DNA of 52,046 nt, filler included, from Sphacelaria rigidula (GCA_964200075.2; 3 parts of 3 records of this genome joined end to end with filler, not necessarily neighbours in it), one strand, 5' to 3'; counted from the first letter of the whole stretch, positions 34,767 to 48,405 are shown. The notes: generated by a model not told the origin, from the sequence alone. Made by a program: numbers and translations.

Positions 34767-35313
34767 GCTCACGGGTTGGTGGCTTGTGGGGCAGCTTGGC
34801 CGGGCCAGCGTTTGGCGGGGGGGGGGGGGGGGGGGGGGGGGAAAGGAGGACCCATCTGTTGGTTGCCATAGTCAGTCGACCCTTGACTATGTACCCATTT
34901 CGCAGCACCTGAGCTACTCCTCATAGAGACACCTACAACATATGCCGCTCATTACCTTTTCACCTTAGAATACACCAAAAAAAAAGGGGGGGGGGGGGGG
35001 GGGGGGGGGGGGCTCGCCTTCGTGTAGTGGGGTGGAGGAGGGGTGTGTGGGGGCAGGGGTCTAGGGGGGGGGGAGTGGNNNNNNNNNNCGGCTCCGGCCC
35101 CACTGACTAATCTGAGTGGGGGGGAGGGAGGGGGGTGGGGCGCGGGGGGGGGGGGGGGGGGGGGGGAAGGGGGCTCTACCCTCATTCGAATGACCTGAGA
35201 GTAATGGTTTTATGCGACTGGCTTCAGTAGTGGGACAGCGGAATAACTCGAGCTCATGAAAACTCGATGGAAGCTGACGGGGTGCAGCAGTGGCGGTCCA
35301 ACCCTCCACAACA

Positions 35314-35680
35314 AAGCGCAAGGTAGCTAGAGTATTTCTTACATTCGGGTATTTTGAAAATCGTACTCGTAATAATCCAAACTATGGGTAAAGTTTCGAT
35401 TTTGTACTCAACAATACCCAGACACTGGATACAGTAATGCGATCGTATCCAACCGCACCCAAAATTTGGGCAGAGTTCAGAAATCGGGCCATCGCAACAC
35501 AAAATTCGGGAGAGTACATACCCCCGTACGTACCCTACCCAACACCCAACACACACTTGGAAGAACGACCACCCTCGAAGACAACGACAAGGATCCGTTG
35601 TCATACCACGAGTTTAGACCTGCTCCATGGACCAGGAGCCTTCGACACGGGAAGTACTTGAGTGGGTACTCAATCCGGTG
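35314..35680. mobile_element. Degenerate fragment related to the CAAGGG MITE family
   Basis: GGGTATTTTGAAAATCGTACTCG and TACCC/GGGTA-rich interior as in 12915-13119; boundaries approximate. Confidence 0.4.
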
Positions 35681-36743
35681 TGCATGACTGACATAAGGGT
35701 TTGAATAAACTATCATGAATGAAACGAATGACGCTGAAGACTAAAATCTAATCAAAAAAATGTTCACTAAAAAATATCATTCAACCCTTGAAATTACGTT
35801 ACAAAGACGGATTTACGCTTTCAACAAAAAGCGTTTTTTTTTTTCAAATCTTAGACTAATCCAAACAACGTGTTATTCTCAAGACACTCCTTGAAGTACA
35901 ATAGGCATCAATCCACGATCAACACTACAATTTTTACTACTTCAACCATAAAAACATCATGTCGGTGATGCCAATCCGGAAGCGAGCGACTAACTGGGTC
36001 GAAACATGGCAAGCAAGCCTGAGCAAGGTCTTGAGTATATGTTTTTTACTACAGTGGCGGGCCCGTTCATACGAAACGAGCTTGTGGAGAAAACCAGCGG
36101 GCTTTTTTCGGGAAAGAGCAAGGACGTTTACAGCCCGAGCGACGAGCGCTACATCAAGTCCAATACAGTAGGTCGTTGCATTACGTTACTCGGGCTCAGC
36201 CTGATTTTGAGTTCTTCATTTTTGTCGCGTACATGTTTGTTTCTCGCCTTCCTCGATTGTTTGATTCATGGGTATGGTATGTTCCTTGCACTCTATGACC
36301 ACGGGTTCGAGAGATTGAGCTGATGTGACAGAAATAGTAAGATAGTAATATGCGCGCCGCTATTGTGCGCATGAGCGCTTAGGCAGCCATAACAAACTTC
36401 CGGCGTTGTGTTTGCGTATCAACATAATAGGGCATACCCGGAAGTGTGTGTGTGTGTATGGGGGGACACTAAACCATACCGTGATGTGTAGCGAACATTC
36501 CGGTTTAGTTCGGAAGGATATTTATAAAAAAAAACATTCATACTTGTGCAGATACCGTACCCGGACTTCAGCCGGTATATGCCACATTTAACAATCTTGG
36601 AAACTTCAACCTCTGGATAATCACTTGGATGAACACGCAACATCTTGAAAAAAAAACGGTGTATTGAGCAGGCAAGAGCACGGACGAGGTTAGATGGAAA
36701 AAAACTGAAAATAGGCGGGTATATTGAACATGTACAGGCACCA

Positions 36744-37042
36744 TGTTTTCGTGAGATTGAAAGAAGAGGATACGATTGAGAGTCAAAAGCGGTCAATTAG
36801 TGAATTAATCGTTTCAGTTCCGACATGACCCTCTACGAGCCTCCACGAGGCCCGATATACTTACTGTAGTAGCTTGGCACTGAGGTCCTTGATATCCCTG
36901 GGTAGGATATCGACGTGTAGCTATAAGCACACGGCAGTGATGGAGGCAAAGAAAAGCACATACGGAATTAAAAATGATCAAGTTCAAGCGAACGATCAAA
37001 GCCACTCTCAATCATCGCTCTACTCTCAATCTCACGGAAACG
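36744..37042. mobile_element. Copy of the 5223-5530 MITE family
   Basis: TGTTTTCGTGAGATTGAAAGAAG...CTACTCTCAATCTCACGGAAACG. Confidence 0.75.
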
Positions 37043-37079
37043 TTCATTAGGCCTCGTTGCAACACTTTTGTCCGCTCAC

Positions 37080-37262
37080 CTCTCTGGGTGAATCTAGCTG
37101 GTTGAATTCCACGCTGAGATACGGGGGGTCCGCCCTAGAGTTGACAGACATGCGAATCTGCAGCGCAGCCAGCGCGATCCGCTTCATGATGGCACGCCTG
37201 TAGTCGCCCAGCGTGGTGATGGGCTCGATGGGTCTCTTGGCGAACACATGCAGAGAAAACGC
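37080..37262 (-). CDS. SPP: SPP exon (AFSLHVFAKRPIEPITTLGDYRR...LDSPRE)
   Basis: ctccag acceptor, GAG|gtgagc donor, 183 nt. Confidence 0.9.
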
Positions 37263-40200
37263 CTGGAGGACGACCAAATATCCAACAAAAAAGCACGTCA
37301 ACGTCAAGTATGTATGATGGGGGCGGCAAATTGACGGGAAAACGGTCGATGTGTAGATTCTTTATTTTAAGGAAAATGGACGGTGTGTTCCAAGGGTGTG
37401 TTGGGTATGGTGAAATACTCGGGTATTTACTCTCCCGAATTCATGTTGTGACGGTTCTATCTCCAAACTCTACGTAAAGATTGGGCAAAGACAGGTACGA
37501 TCACATTTCTACACACAATATTCGGGAATTGCTGTGTACGATCTCAATACTTTACCCAAATTTTGGGTACTTATGGGCACGATTAAAAAAAGCTCAAACG
37601 TAGGAAATACTGTGCCCAACGCACCCTTATTATGTTCCTCACACTGTGACTACCGATTCGCGAGATCGAGCTAACGTGACCGATACAGTAGCTAGGGTAT
37701 TGCGGGGTACCACCCTGTCTTCCAGGTACCCCGGAATACTAGGCATGTTCGGCAGTAGATACCCCAGGAACCTTGGGGGGGGTACTCAGGATAGCAAATA
37801 ATCTGGACCTCCGTGGTCGGGTATTGAGCTAGGATGAACAGCGTTTGTGGAAGGGTGAGGTGTGTGGGAAGCGCCACGTGATTTTTTGACGAATAAAGGA
37901 TGCATTCGCAAGAGCAGAGTGAAGACGATCACAAGCGATATGTGTGGGCTTCACCACCTGGGCTGCTCGGGCTGGGGCAGCAGCCACATCAATGAACTCG
38001 TCAACCAAAACTGGGACGACTGCATTTGTGATTTTTGTATAACTACATTTTCAACACGAACATTTCAGCAAACTTCCGACATTTTCGTCTTTAACAGAGC
38101 GAAATTTCGACAGCAACAGCAGCAGTGACACAGGCAGAAAGCAATCAGCAACATATAGCCGCACGGAAACGGAAACCCTCGAGAATTTTCCCTCTTCCAC
38201 AGGGCTCCGTAATTGGAAGAGCATGTGGATAACAACATTGGATCATGACGCCTCCAACAATAGACATCGGGGACGTGCCGTGGACCTGGCCTCAAGAGGG
38301 AGAGAAAGGATTGTCGGGCTATGAGCGCAGGTACGACAGACGCGGGGAAAATATGAAGGGCACGATAAGAAACGGCGAGGGCCTTCAAAGTTTTACACCC
38401 TGGATAATGAAAATAGATTACACTGCCAAAAAGTGTACTGCCTACAGTATCGACTACCACGTCCATTGCAATAGACAATATATTCCATACTGTACGCAGT
38501 ACATTTTTTGACGATATGATCTATCGTCCAGGGGGTGCAAAATTCACCCTTATAAAACAACATAACAGCGACAGAAACAGCGACGAAAACATGGACAACA
38601 ATGGACCGTGACAGGACATGAGCAAATATGGCACCAACCTCAGCATCACAACAAACCTGCAATAGATCATGCTGGTAGAAGCGAGGCACTCCTAGAGGCT
38701 TTGCGTCCACCGGGTCCATGATCGGAAGGGTGTTTCTTTCCGTCACGTGGCCGCCCGACCATTGGTGCGTCACCGGGGGGAAGCGAAGAGACTGCCGCTT
38801 CAGGTTCGGCGGTTCCTGGATTACAAGAAATAAAAAGGGATTGTAGGCGGACAACCAATAACGACATGATAAATAATACTACACTACAAGTCTACTGCCG
38901 TCAAAATATTTTTGGCTTTGTTGATAGCTCAGTCAGTTACAACGATATCTTCAGGGGTGTTTGTGGAATATCATGATCGAATATTTTGTGGGAAGTATCT
39001 TGTCATATCGTCTTCCCTTGACTTCAAACGTATCTACACATCATTGATTGATTGATTGATTGTCGCAATTGAACCGACTCCCCAGAAGTCTAGCCGTGGT
39101 CGCATGATGGACGTGCCCAAGAAAAATAAAACTGAGACACTCGCTCAAGAAAAGAAGGAACAGAAAAAGTCGACCAGAACGACATGACAAGACTGAGACG
39201 TGATAATAATGATACGAATTGATAATAAAGTCAACGAAAGCAAAGCACAGGAAGTGGCCGACCTAGAACAAAAACAGTAAAAAAAGACGGAATAAAAGAA
39301 CGAAAAAAAAAGGAATAAACAAATTACAAAATTGAAAAAGCCCGAGCTTTCAGGGCAGCAGAGTAGATATAGACACACACCAGTCGGCATCGCAGAGCCA
39401 CCGACTAAGAACATAGTCGATAAATGCGGATATATCCATTGATTGTCGCACATTGGGGATAGATATCTAATCGATCACATACATCGGATGGGACGAGCGG
39501 AAATCTCCACCTGGACTCATTTCCGTTGTCCTCTATCTCAATATCAATACCACCATTTATGGGCCATGAGCTATAGCTCACGAGATGAGTTGCCACGACC
39601 ATTATCAATTACCCAACAGGCCTTGCACCTGAAGCAGCAGAGGGCGAACGACTTTTTAGGTTGACGAGGTATGCAGGCTGGGACTGACGTTGAGGTCTGG
39701 GGGTTTGGAAGCAATTTCGGGATGCTCTCAACTCTCCATGAATTACAAGAACAAACGATAGTGGCCACAGGAAGAGAGACTTTCGCTCATTGAGACACTC
39801 CACAAAGACAGCCCAACGGTTGCAGACAGAAGCTCCAATTATGGCACACTCGATCGTTTTGGACTGGATGAAGTATCCTTCAATAGTCGGGGTAAAGAAT
39901 TGACTCGAATCGTATATTCGCAGAATTTCACCATCTCGTACCTTGTAATGTTCTTGTCACGTGATGTCACTCTGGTGATGACATGGTGACGAGGGTAGCG
40001 GTCTTTTCGGACCATTAAAAAAAAATGTCGAGTAATTGAATCAAGTGAGAGCATCGCAGTATTACGCTACTATTCGTATTGCACACACATCTATCTACAT
40101 AACGGAGGAGTGCCATACATTAGTGTGTATGCAAGGTTCGACTGAGGTGACGAGGCAGCCTTGCACCACGAGCAGCACAGTACTGCACTCGCCGTTCGTC

Positions 40201-43200
40201 CGTTGGTCTAGTGCGGGGTCAGTGGGTCAGTGATCCCAGCGGGGTAGCGACTTGTCCGAATGTATCAGTAGGAGTCTTCTCAAGTCCATAGGCTTCGTGG
40301 GGGGGTCTATATATTTGGCATTCTCGATAACAAGGTCTGAATGACGGCAAACGAGCATTGGAAAATGGCCGGCTCGTAGCCGGGGCTACGAAATGACGAT
40401 TACGGTGTAGTTGAAAACTTGAAAACGGAACTGCGGACATCAGGAACTGGATGATGGCTAGTTCATGGATATACAATCAACAACTCACCGTGGTACCAGC
40501 ATGAGGTACGGCTGACGGCTATATCGCAGATATACAATAAATAACGCGCCGTGGTATCAGCATGAGGCTCTGGAGGACGGTTATTTTGTAGATGTACAAT
40601 CAACAACTCACCGTGGTATCAGGTACACCCCCGAGGTGGCCGAACATCTGCCTGATTTGCTCCTCCGTGTCGCTCACGTCTAGATCCCCCACACAGTACA
40701 GAACGGCATTATCCTGTATTCGGTATCACACACGCCCCACATGACAACGGACGGGTGAATAAAAATGGATGATGACATATACAGTACTACACGAAGATGT
40801 CAACCCGGGCCGTGCGGAACATGGAAGTTGCAACGCCAGTACAAACCTCAGAACATGACGGATACAGCATTCATTTTTCATCGTCATTATTTCCGAACAT
40901 TAGTCCGATCTCTCGAACCCGTGGTCACAGAAGTAGGCTCGTCTTTCCAATACCGTCCCTGCTATTCCGTACTACGAGACATTGAGTCCTCCATCATTTT
41001 TTGTTTCAAGACTCCAGATGAATGACAAGAGAAACGCAATCAACTCAAATATTAACAAAATGAAAAAAAGAAGAGAGACGCCAAGAAAAACATGAAAAGT
41101 AGCTTCCCCGAGTGCCAAGGGGTGAAAAAAAAAAGTACCCGTGAGGACAACGACGGGGAACGGCGGCAAGTAGCGTACCTCTTCGTGCGCATCTTCACAC
41201 TGCACCTGAATGGGTGAATGTTTCAAGCGCTTGTTGGATAGGGTGTGTACTCTTGGATACCCGGGTATTCTGTAACTTACCCGGGTATTTACGCCACCCA
41301 GAGTTTAGGTAAATTGGGTAGAGCCTCAAAATCCCGAATTTGCGTAGATTGGGTACGACCTCGAATAGTCTACCCAAATTGTAGGTCAAGTGCTCTCGGC
41401 GACACCCGTGTGTAGAGTATAGCTCAGGTCTGACCTCGATACTCTTGCACAAGTTTCGAGTACTACGAGCATTACTTCTCACAATACCGGGAATCGGGTA
41501 TACCCCAACCAACACGCCCTTGGAATCTTCATCAAGTTAAGCGTCGTGAAGCAATACATGGACATATTGCCAAATCTCGAACTCATTGATCCCTCTCAGT
41601 AATCGTCACTGCCTGAAGTAAATTCTGTCTCGAAATCAACTCCTTTGGTGACCGATGTGGTTGAAACATCACCCTACCCCATCGTGGGGGTGTGACCCGA
41701 ATTTCTCTTGGATGTCGGGTCCATTTCGTCTACGAGCTTAACTCTTCCTGCTTGGTACTCACATTTTCACGCTTCCAAGGACAGAAGGACAGATACCAGG
41801 CACTTTTGGACAAGAAAAATTAAAACCAGACGCATTTGGCGGAAGTCGAATCTGCCTACTTTCTACCCCCATGGTGTCATGTGTCACGTGTCAGTTTCCA
41901 ATTATATTTCTCACAAACGGGGTACGGCGGTGCCCTTTGAATGGAACAAATGACGACAAAAACGGCTGGGACTTCAACAAATGTGTTTATTCGCGTTTGA
42001 ATTCAACACCCTGGATCATAATCATACCGGTCGGTAGTGTTTACGGTGGAACTCAAGGATGTCCTTGGTGTTCCAGGTTTTGATCATGTCTGCCTTTCCG
42101 ATCGGGAATCGCCTGCTCGTGCGGTTGGGAAGAGACACATGTCACGCGCGCGTACGTGTACGATGGGACGTAAGAGGTCATTTTCCATATGTCCCATTGA
42201 GGAAAATAATTGTGGTGTGCTTCACCGAATGAAATAATCTGTTCAGCACAGATCAAATCCGCTGCTCTGAGAGTACAACAAAAGGAAGAAAGGACGGACG
42301 AATCACAGGTCGGAGCAAAGAAAAAATTAGTGAGGAAACAGACAATACCAACACTGACAAAGAAAGAGAGAGAGCGTCTACCTGGAGAGCTGGTTTTCAG
42401 CGTGCAGGGCAGAAAGAACTTGGCACTCCATTCGATAGTCGATGGTGTTCACCATCGTCAATTCCGAGAGCACCGCGCTGCGTTCTTTCTCCAATCGAGA
42501 CTCCTCGCATTCCGCCTGACTCACACAGCACAGACCACATAACACGAAGAATTGAACTTCTGCGTAAACAAAGATCGAAAGCAGATACCTCAGCTTTTAG
42601 GAAGCGATGAATCAATTATAGGAATATTGGACTCTGCAGATTCCGGATCTAGAACAGCGAGCTTACTATCGACTGAGTACGATCACGGGGCACTGTGACT
42701 CTTCCCCCACAAGCCATAGCACCTTTGACCCTTTCCCTACCTCGAACTACACAGCCAATACTTTTGGGCAAGATGCGGATTTCTCGCATTTTGATCTGGG
42801 TAATAACTTGATACATCTGCGACACGGTGATAAGTAACAGCGACATGCGTACCCTCCCCACCTGGAGGTGTCTATTAGGCGTGGGAACGACGGTCGGTCT
42901 CAATAGGGATGAGTGGACAATGGTTGAATAGCGAAGGCGAGCAACGAATGAGTACGCCACCTCCCCGACCTGCATCCCTGATTTGCAGGATTTGCGGTTT
43001 CCGGACCTCGATTCCTCAGCAACTCGCAACGGCAACTAGAATACTGACACAAGGCAAAAGGCTTGCGCAAGCTCTCACCTGTTGAAATATCCATTGGATC
43101 GTGACAACGAAATATCACATACACAAGGTGTGGACCATGACAACATCAACATCCACAACACCATCACCACCATCCCGGCCAACCGACCCAAAAAGCAGCT

Positions 43201-46200
43201 TTCACAAAACAATAATTTTCAACAAATGTATTTTGTTGCATCGCTTTTCTTCAGCCAGTGCTTCCGTTCTGTTTCTATCATATATCTCGGATACCATACG
43301 TCTATCGCGTGGATAATGACCACTGTTGGATCCCTGGTGGATCAGTTCATGTGCAACAACCAATCAAATCAAATCAAATCAATCAATATCAACATTCGTC
43401 ATTTGGTTAAAATCCATGATTTCCACATACAAGGAAAAAACGCCAAGCACACCAGATGTCAACACACACACACATCACCACCAATTTTCTGTTCCGCCCA
43501 TTTTATCACATGTCCGCCGCCGGATTCGAAGCGGATCAACTCTTGGGCGGTAATCAAGCACTCATTACCGAATCACCCTGCTTCATGGGCTTATGAGTAG
43601 CGACAAAACATGCACAGAAAAAAAAGAAGCGTTGGATGATCACAACGACAGCATACCTCAAGCACATCCAACAGCGCACCCAAGGCTCGAGGGAGCATGG
43701 GGGTGCGACGCCCCCACCCAGGCGGCGTTAGCACGGGACAGGATGCGTAGAACACGGTGTGATGGAAGTCTGTGTATGCATTGGTGGACGATCCCGTGCC
43801 GAACAGTCGCTCCCTGAAGTACGACAGAAACACAAGCGATACCCGCGTCAAGGTGTCATGATCTTTTGGACGTATCTACACACGTATATATATATATATA
43901 TATATGTGTATATTCCGTGATACTCTCGACCCCTCCTCTTCCTCGGGACAAGTCCGTGGTTAAACAGAGCAACCCGTCTGTTCTTCGCTGCACGCCTTGC
44001 ATTTTGGTCCCGCGGATTAGATCATGACCATCAGCGCACCCGCACCCGCACAGCGTGGACTCGTCAATCAAATTCGTTTTGGTGCTCACGTCCCCAAATA
44101 CTTCCAACAGAAAAATTCAATCTCGACACAACTAGCGGCAATCATACCCGCCTCGTTTTCACCCGACTGGGGTCAGTTGGACCATTACGCCATTACATCA
44201 TGACATCATCGGACGACCGCAGCGGCACGGCTTACATATTCCTATGGATCTGGGGAACGACGGGTGCTGTTTCTATGCGTTGAAATTTTCGGGCGTATTT
44301 CCGGCACTCGATGTAGATCATGGGTCTTCACGTCGGTCCACGAAGGTTTGTTTTACTTGCGATCGATCTGGATAAGGGGAAACGAGGAGTATTTCTCGAA
44401 TATTTTTCCGAGATATATTTTTGAGCATGTATATATATATATATATATTTGATTACTTCCTGAATCTAATTTTTTTTTCCTGATTTTTTTCAAAACGTTT
44501 TTCGAAATAAAAAAATCCGACTATACATATTTTCAAATAGTGCGGGGTAGGAACCATGAGAATGCTTTCGTTTCGCACAGTATCTTTCCTCGATATGTCA
44601 AAATGTTACCAAGAGGGAGACTAGTGGACTTTATGGATGGACTTGAGAAAGGTGCTGGAACACGACTTCGAAGGGACGACCTGAAGGCGTCGACAACGTT
44701 GCGATCGGTTCCCCCCTAAGTCATGTTCTACAGTGAACAATTTACGAGTGTAGGTGCTGAGGCATGCTGTTTACAAATCGTATTGGGTATGATGACGCTA
44801 CCTGCGGTACCTGTGGATCTAAGCTAAGGCCAACGGGACTCCCCGCACCTCGCTGTCTAATGTGAAGGAAGAAAGTGCAACCGATTCCACACTGGATCAA
44901 ACAACACCGATAGAAGTCGAGAGTATGCTTTGGTCGAAAATTCCGTGTCGAGCAGTGGTCCCAGGAGTATGACTGAATAACTTAGCAAAAGTAACCGTGT
45001 TGAACAGTTCTCTCCCTTTTTTCGAGTTTCATTGGCGAGTACTCCCTTAACCCTTAGACCGCGAGGTTAGTCTTTTAGGATCATGCATACTTTCCTCAAC
45101 TGAAATTGATGCCGATTCAACAGGTGACCTACTCTCGCTGTCCAAGGGTTGACTTACCCCGGGAACGCCCACCTTTCATCCCATGACAATGGCTGGACTT
45201 GCAGGGGATCGTCAAATGTCCGACTATCACTCAATCAACCGATCAGCCTTGCTTGTCAGCCAGCAAGCCAGCAAGCATCGCAAGCGCTTTCGAAATACAT
45301 CAACAGGCTTCAATACTATCACATCTTGGTGCTTGGCGTGTACGAGCCCTGTGTGTGTGTCTTGTCTTGTGTTGTCGTCCAATTTATTCCTGTGGAGCCC
45401 TTCGGGTAACATAACGGCTTTCCAGCGATTTACTCCCCCCACCATCAGTACCACTAGTAGTGTAGTTTCTTCACTCTTCCCTGAGCCACGACTCTGTCAT
45501 ACTACAAGCGTTCGTCGAGTCCGTGGCATACGTGAAGAAAGACTCGGAGAATTTTCTGTATATTTTCTGCAGCCCATCTGCATGTGTCTCGGCAACATCT
45601 ACCGCATCAGTCAAGTCAAGTCAAGTCAAGTCAGAACGTACCAGTGTACGTTTCACCTTCAAGAAAAAAACCCCATCAATTCCTTGAACACACGTGCAGT
45701 AAAATAGCCATGTGTTTCCATCTGTGACGAACCAAGCACTCTCTACAGCATACACACGAGCACCGGTATCAACTTCAGTGGAGGATGACCTCGTAAATCG
45801 TACGCACGGTGTACAGTGAGGACCCCATTCCAGTGCGGTGCGCTAGGTTACCCAGGATGACCGCACTATAGCGGGACCAATCGACCTACAATGGCACCCG
45901 TACTCTACTGGTATACTGCATTGAAATTACTCGACGATAGAGTGTGGAAAGAGCATAGCCCGCATAACCGCGGCGGGAATTATACCGTAGCCTAGTGGAG
46001 GTACAAGGATAGAAACACGCGATCATATTGCAATGGTCAGTGATCTTTGGTTCTCGAATTTGGTTTCATGTCTGCATGGCTGTGCGTGCCGAATGGGAAC
46101 GTCGGGCTCTATCCCCACGAGTCCGCATGGTCGCTTGCGGCATCGAATCTCAAGGTGTAATATGACATTTTTCTTTCCGTGTCGCGTTTGTGTTCACCTC

Positions 46201-46915
46201 TCTGGGTTCTGTTTTATTGAAATTGATTTGATGATCCTCTTTCACCTTTTGTGAGGTGGTCAGCATTTGACCACGAAAAGCGTTCGCATCACATGGCCCA
46301 GTACGGGAGCAAGACGTAATGCGCAGATATCGGAACGGCTTGAATGTGAAGGCAAGAACAAGAATATCATCATCAACGACAACAATGATAACAACGATAA
46401 CAACGACAACAACGACAAACAATGATAACAACGACGACAATGACAACAATGATAACAACGACAACGACGACAAACAATGATAACAAGGTAAACAACGATA
46501 ACAACGACAACAATGATAACAACGACAACAACGACAAACAATGATAACAACGACGACAATGACAACAATGATAACAACGACAACGACGACAAACAATGAT
46601 GACAACGTAAACAACGATAACAACGATAACAACGATAACAACGACGACAATGACAACAATGATAACAACGACAACAATGATAACAACGACAACAATGATA
46701 ACAACGATAACAACGAACAAACAATGATAACAACGACGACAATGATAACAAAGACAAACAGGAACGGCGGAGGGAATCTACGACTGCAGCGATTCTCACA
46801 GCACTGTAGTGGGACACTTGCTTCACCTTTTTCTGCTGCCCATGTAAGCCACGTGTTCCACCAAGTGCGCCATTCCTTGTTGCGAATCCAGCTCGTCTGC
46901 TGAACCCGCAAAAAC
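37080..46915 (-). CDS. SPP: Stromal processing peptidase (M16 zinc metallopeptidase), partial spliced gene
   Basis: Exons 46915-46827, 43813-43657, 42515-42382, 42112-42028, 40713-40612, 38815-38657, 37262-37080, all GT-AG and phase-consistent. Product: VFAGSADELDSQQGMAHLVEHVAYMGSRKRERLFGTGSSTNAYTDFHHTVFY..RLEKERSAVLSELTMVNTIDYRMECQVLSALHAENQLSRRFPIG..HYRPDNAVLYCVGD..DPPYLSVEFNQLDSPRE, closely resembling plant/algal SPP. N- and C-terminal exons not found in the contig. Confidence 0.92.
37391..37629. mobile_element. Degenerate CAAGGG-family MITE
   Basis: CAAGGGTGTGTTGGG...CCCAACGCACCCTTA; flanks GTGTGTTC/TTATGTTC. Confidence 0.6.
38396..38537. mobile_element. Short MITE, uninterrupted relative of the 9789-11188 host
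   Basis: CACCCTGGATAAT...ATCGTCCAGGGGGTG; internal TACAGTATCGACTA..CCATTGCA..CCATACTGTACGCAGT shared with the split copy. Confidence 0.7.
38657..38815 (-). CDS. SPP: SPP exon (EPPNLKRQSLRFPPVTHQWS...YQHDLLQ)
   Basis: tccag acceptor, CAG|gtttgt donor, 159 nt. Confidence 0.85.
39043..39135 (-). repeat. Retroposon-like 3' end with (CAAT)n tail
   Basis: Homolog of 4125-4240. Confidence 0.55.
40468..40622. repeat. About 61-bp tandem repeat (2.5 copies) spanning an SPP splice donor
   Basis: TACAATCAACAACTCACCGTGGTA at 40472 and 40595, degenerate copy at 40533. Confidence 0.85.
40612..40713 (-). CDS. SPP: SPP exon (DNAVLYCVGDLDVSDTEEQIRQMFGHLGGVPDTT)
   Basis: tacag acceptor, ACG|gtgagt donor, 102 nt. 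Confidence 0.9.
41224..41522. mobile_element. Degenerate CAAGGG-family MITE
   Basis: CAAGCGCTTGTTGGATAGGGT...ACCCCAACCAACACGCCCTTG; flanks GAATGTTT/GAATCTTC. Confidence 0.6.
42028..42112 (-). CDS. SPP: SPP exon (RFPIGKADMIKTWNTKDILEFHRKHYRP)
   Basis: agcag acceptor, CCG|gtatga donor, 85 nt. Confidence 0.92.
42382..42515 (-). CDS. SPP: SPP exon (AECEESRLEKERSAVLSEL...ENQLS)
   Basis: gtcag acceptor, AG|gtagac donor, 134 nt; EKERxxVLSE carries the third zinc ligand region. Confidence 0.92.
43657..43813 (-). CDS. SPP: SPP exon (ERLFGTGSSTNAYTDFHHTVFY...LLDVLE)
   Basis: ttcag acceptor, GAG|gtatgc donor, 157 nt; NAYT motif. Confidence 0.92.
43930..44190 (-). mobile_element. Degenerate SINE copy
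   Basis: CCCTCCTCTTCCTCGGGACAAGTCCGTGG..CACGCCTTGCATTTTGGTC homologous to the other two copies. Confidence 0.6.
46372..46755. repeat. Compound trinucleotide low-complexity repeat (AAC/GAC/AAT/GAT) in SPP intron
   Basis: ACAACAATGATAACAACG-type units repeated with higher-order duplication. Confidence 0.95.
46827..46915 (-). CDS. SPP: SPP exon with HXXEH zinc-binding motif (HLVEH)
   Basis: ttcag acceptor, AG|gtgaag donor, 89 nt. Confidence 0.92.
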
Positions 46916-47464
46916 CTGAACGCACACACGCGTTCATCTCCAGCTGTTATCGTCCAAGTGCACACTACCGACTACATATACCATGTACCCAGAGTGTTGG
47001 AGCGACACAGCATAATTTCCTAACAGTCGTCGTCAAACTTTGAAACTAGTATTTTCCATTGAACGCTGTTTCATCAGGCTTTTCGGTTGCCACGACCCAT
47101 CACGGGTTGCGGTTGATCCCAAACTTCGGGAATTGAGAGACGTGAGTACCCCACACAAGATTCGAAAAAAAATCTTTTTCACGTCCAATTCTGTACGAGA
47201 TACGGTTTCACCGGTCTTCGGGGGTCTTACTAATGTATATATAGCCCAGCCCCCGCTCCTCGCTGATTAATATCTTCACTTGACCGAACCAATTCATATC
47301 GTTATAATGAATAAGTTCATGATTCCCTTTTTTCCCAATTTGTTGATCTCCGCTGCGCCACGGCCGAAAAACGGCGTTTTGGAGGCATATACGGTCAATT
47401 ACACCCTCTCGATCTACGGGATTTTACTCTGTATCGTTCCGACAACATCAACTTCGGAAATGTG

Positions 47465-48122
47465 CAAGGGCAGGTCGGGTAGGGTAAACACGGTATTCGG
47501 TATTTTGAAAAGTCTTTCTCTTGATACCTGAATATTTGGGTAGAATACTGAAATGAGACTCAATCTGGCCAAATTTGGGTAGAGCATTAACCTTTTGAGA
47601 ACCGAACTCCCAGAAACATGGTGTTTGCGTGCAGCGGCCTTTCTTGTGAATTGACATCATTTTTACTTGAAAACGACTGAAAATAATGCCGATTCACAAA
47701 AAGGACGCTGCGTGCAAACACCATGTTCTTGGGAGTCCGGTCCCAAAAGGGTTGAACATCGTACCACCCAACTTGATGAATTTTGGGCAAAGTATTGAGG
47801 TCATACCCAAGTGACTCTCTATACCCACGTATTGCCGACAGTGTTTACCCAAATTTGAGGAGAGTATTTGAGGTTGTGCCTTATTTATCCAAAACTTTGG
47901 TCAAGTATTACAGATCGCACCCAAATCCCAAAAATTGGGTACAGTGTCGAGGCCATACCAAAGTGACACTCTATATCCAGGTATTACTGAGAGCGCTTAC
48001 CCACTATATAGGTAAAAGTTTTTCAGGCCATACCCAATCTACCCAAACCTTCGGTAGAGTACGTCTACCCGGGTATTTTACCCGAGTATTCAAAAGTACA
48101 CACGCTACCCGACCTGCCTTTG
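47465..48122. mobile_element. MITE, CAAGGG-ended family, with a nested piggyBac-like MITE
   Basis: TIR CAAGGGCAGGTCGGGTAG...CTACCCGACCTGCCTTTG; TSD GAAATGTG/GAAACGTG (7/8). Confidence 0.8.
47591..47751. mobile_element. piggyBac-like MITE
   Basis: TTAA|CCTTTTGAGAACCGAACTCCCAGAAACATGGTGTTTGC...GCAAACACCATGTTCTTGGGAGTCCGGTCCCAAAAGGG|TTGA; long imperfect palindrome. Confidence 0.75.
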
Positions 48123-48405
48123 GAAACGTGTGCTGAGCACGCCCTACTTCCTTCTCCAACGCTCACCGCCTCTTGAAAACCCAACTGAGCGACTTATATA
48201 CGTAAGCTTCGACTACTCTACATAAAATAGCACCCATACGGAACGAAGCCGAAAATACCTTGTTCTCCGGGAATTACCGGCGGGACGAACGATCGAGACA
48301 CGATCTACGGACACATTCAACATGGGTTAATCAATTGTGGCGAACTTCGAAAGACTTCAAAACGCTCCGACGGGCTATGACTGCGAGGGAAATGACTTGC
48401 CGCAA

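Noticed and set aside
34767..35175. Poly-G tracts as G-quadruplex or Pro-rich CDS (also 51967-52046 and 85-102)
   Set aside because: Located at contig ends next to Ns; typical sequencing or assembly artefact.
41179..41205. 27-nt AG..GT segment as an SPP exon
   Set aside because: HYRP joins directly to DNAVLY as in other M16 peptidases, leaving no place for it.
46150..46965. Long Cys/Leu/Val/Asn-rich ORFs (271, 225, 120 aa)
   Set aside because: Products of a trinucleotide low-complexity repeat; only 46827-46915 is a real exon, in a different frame context.
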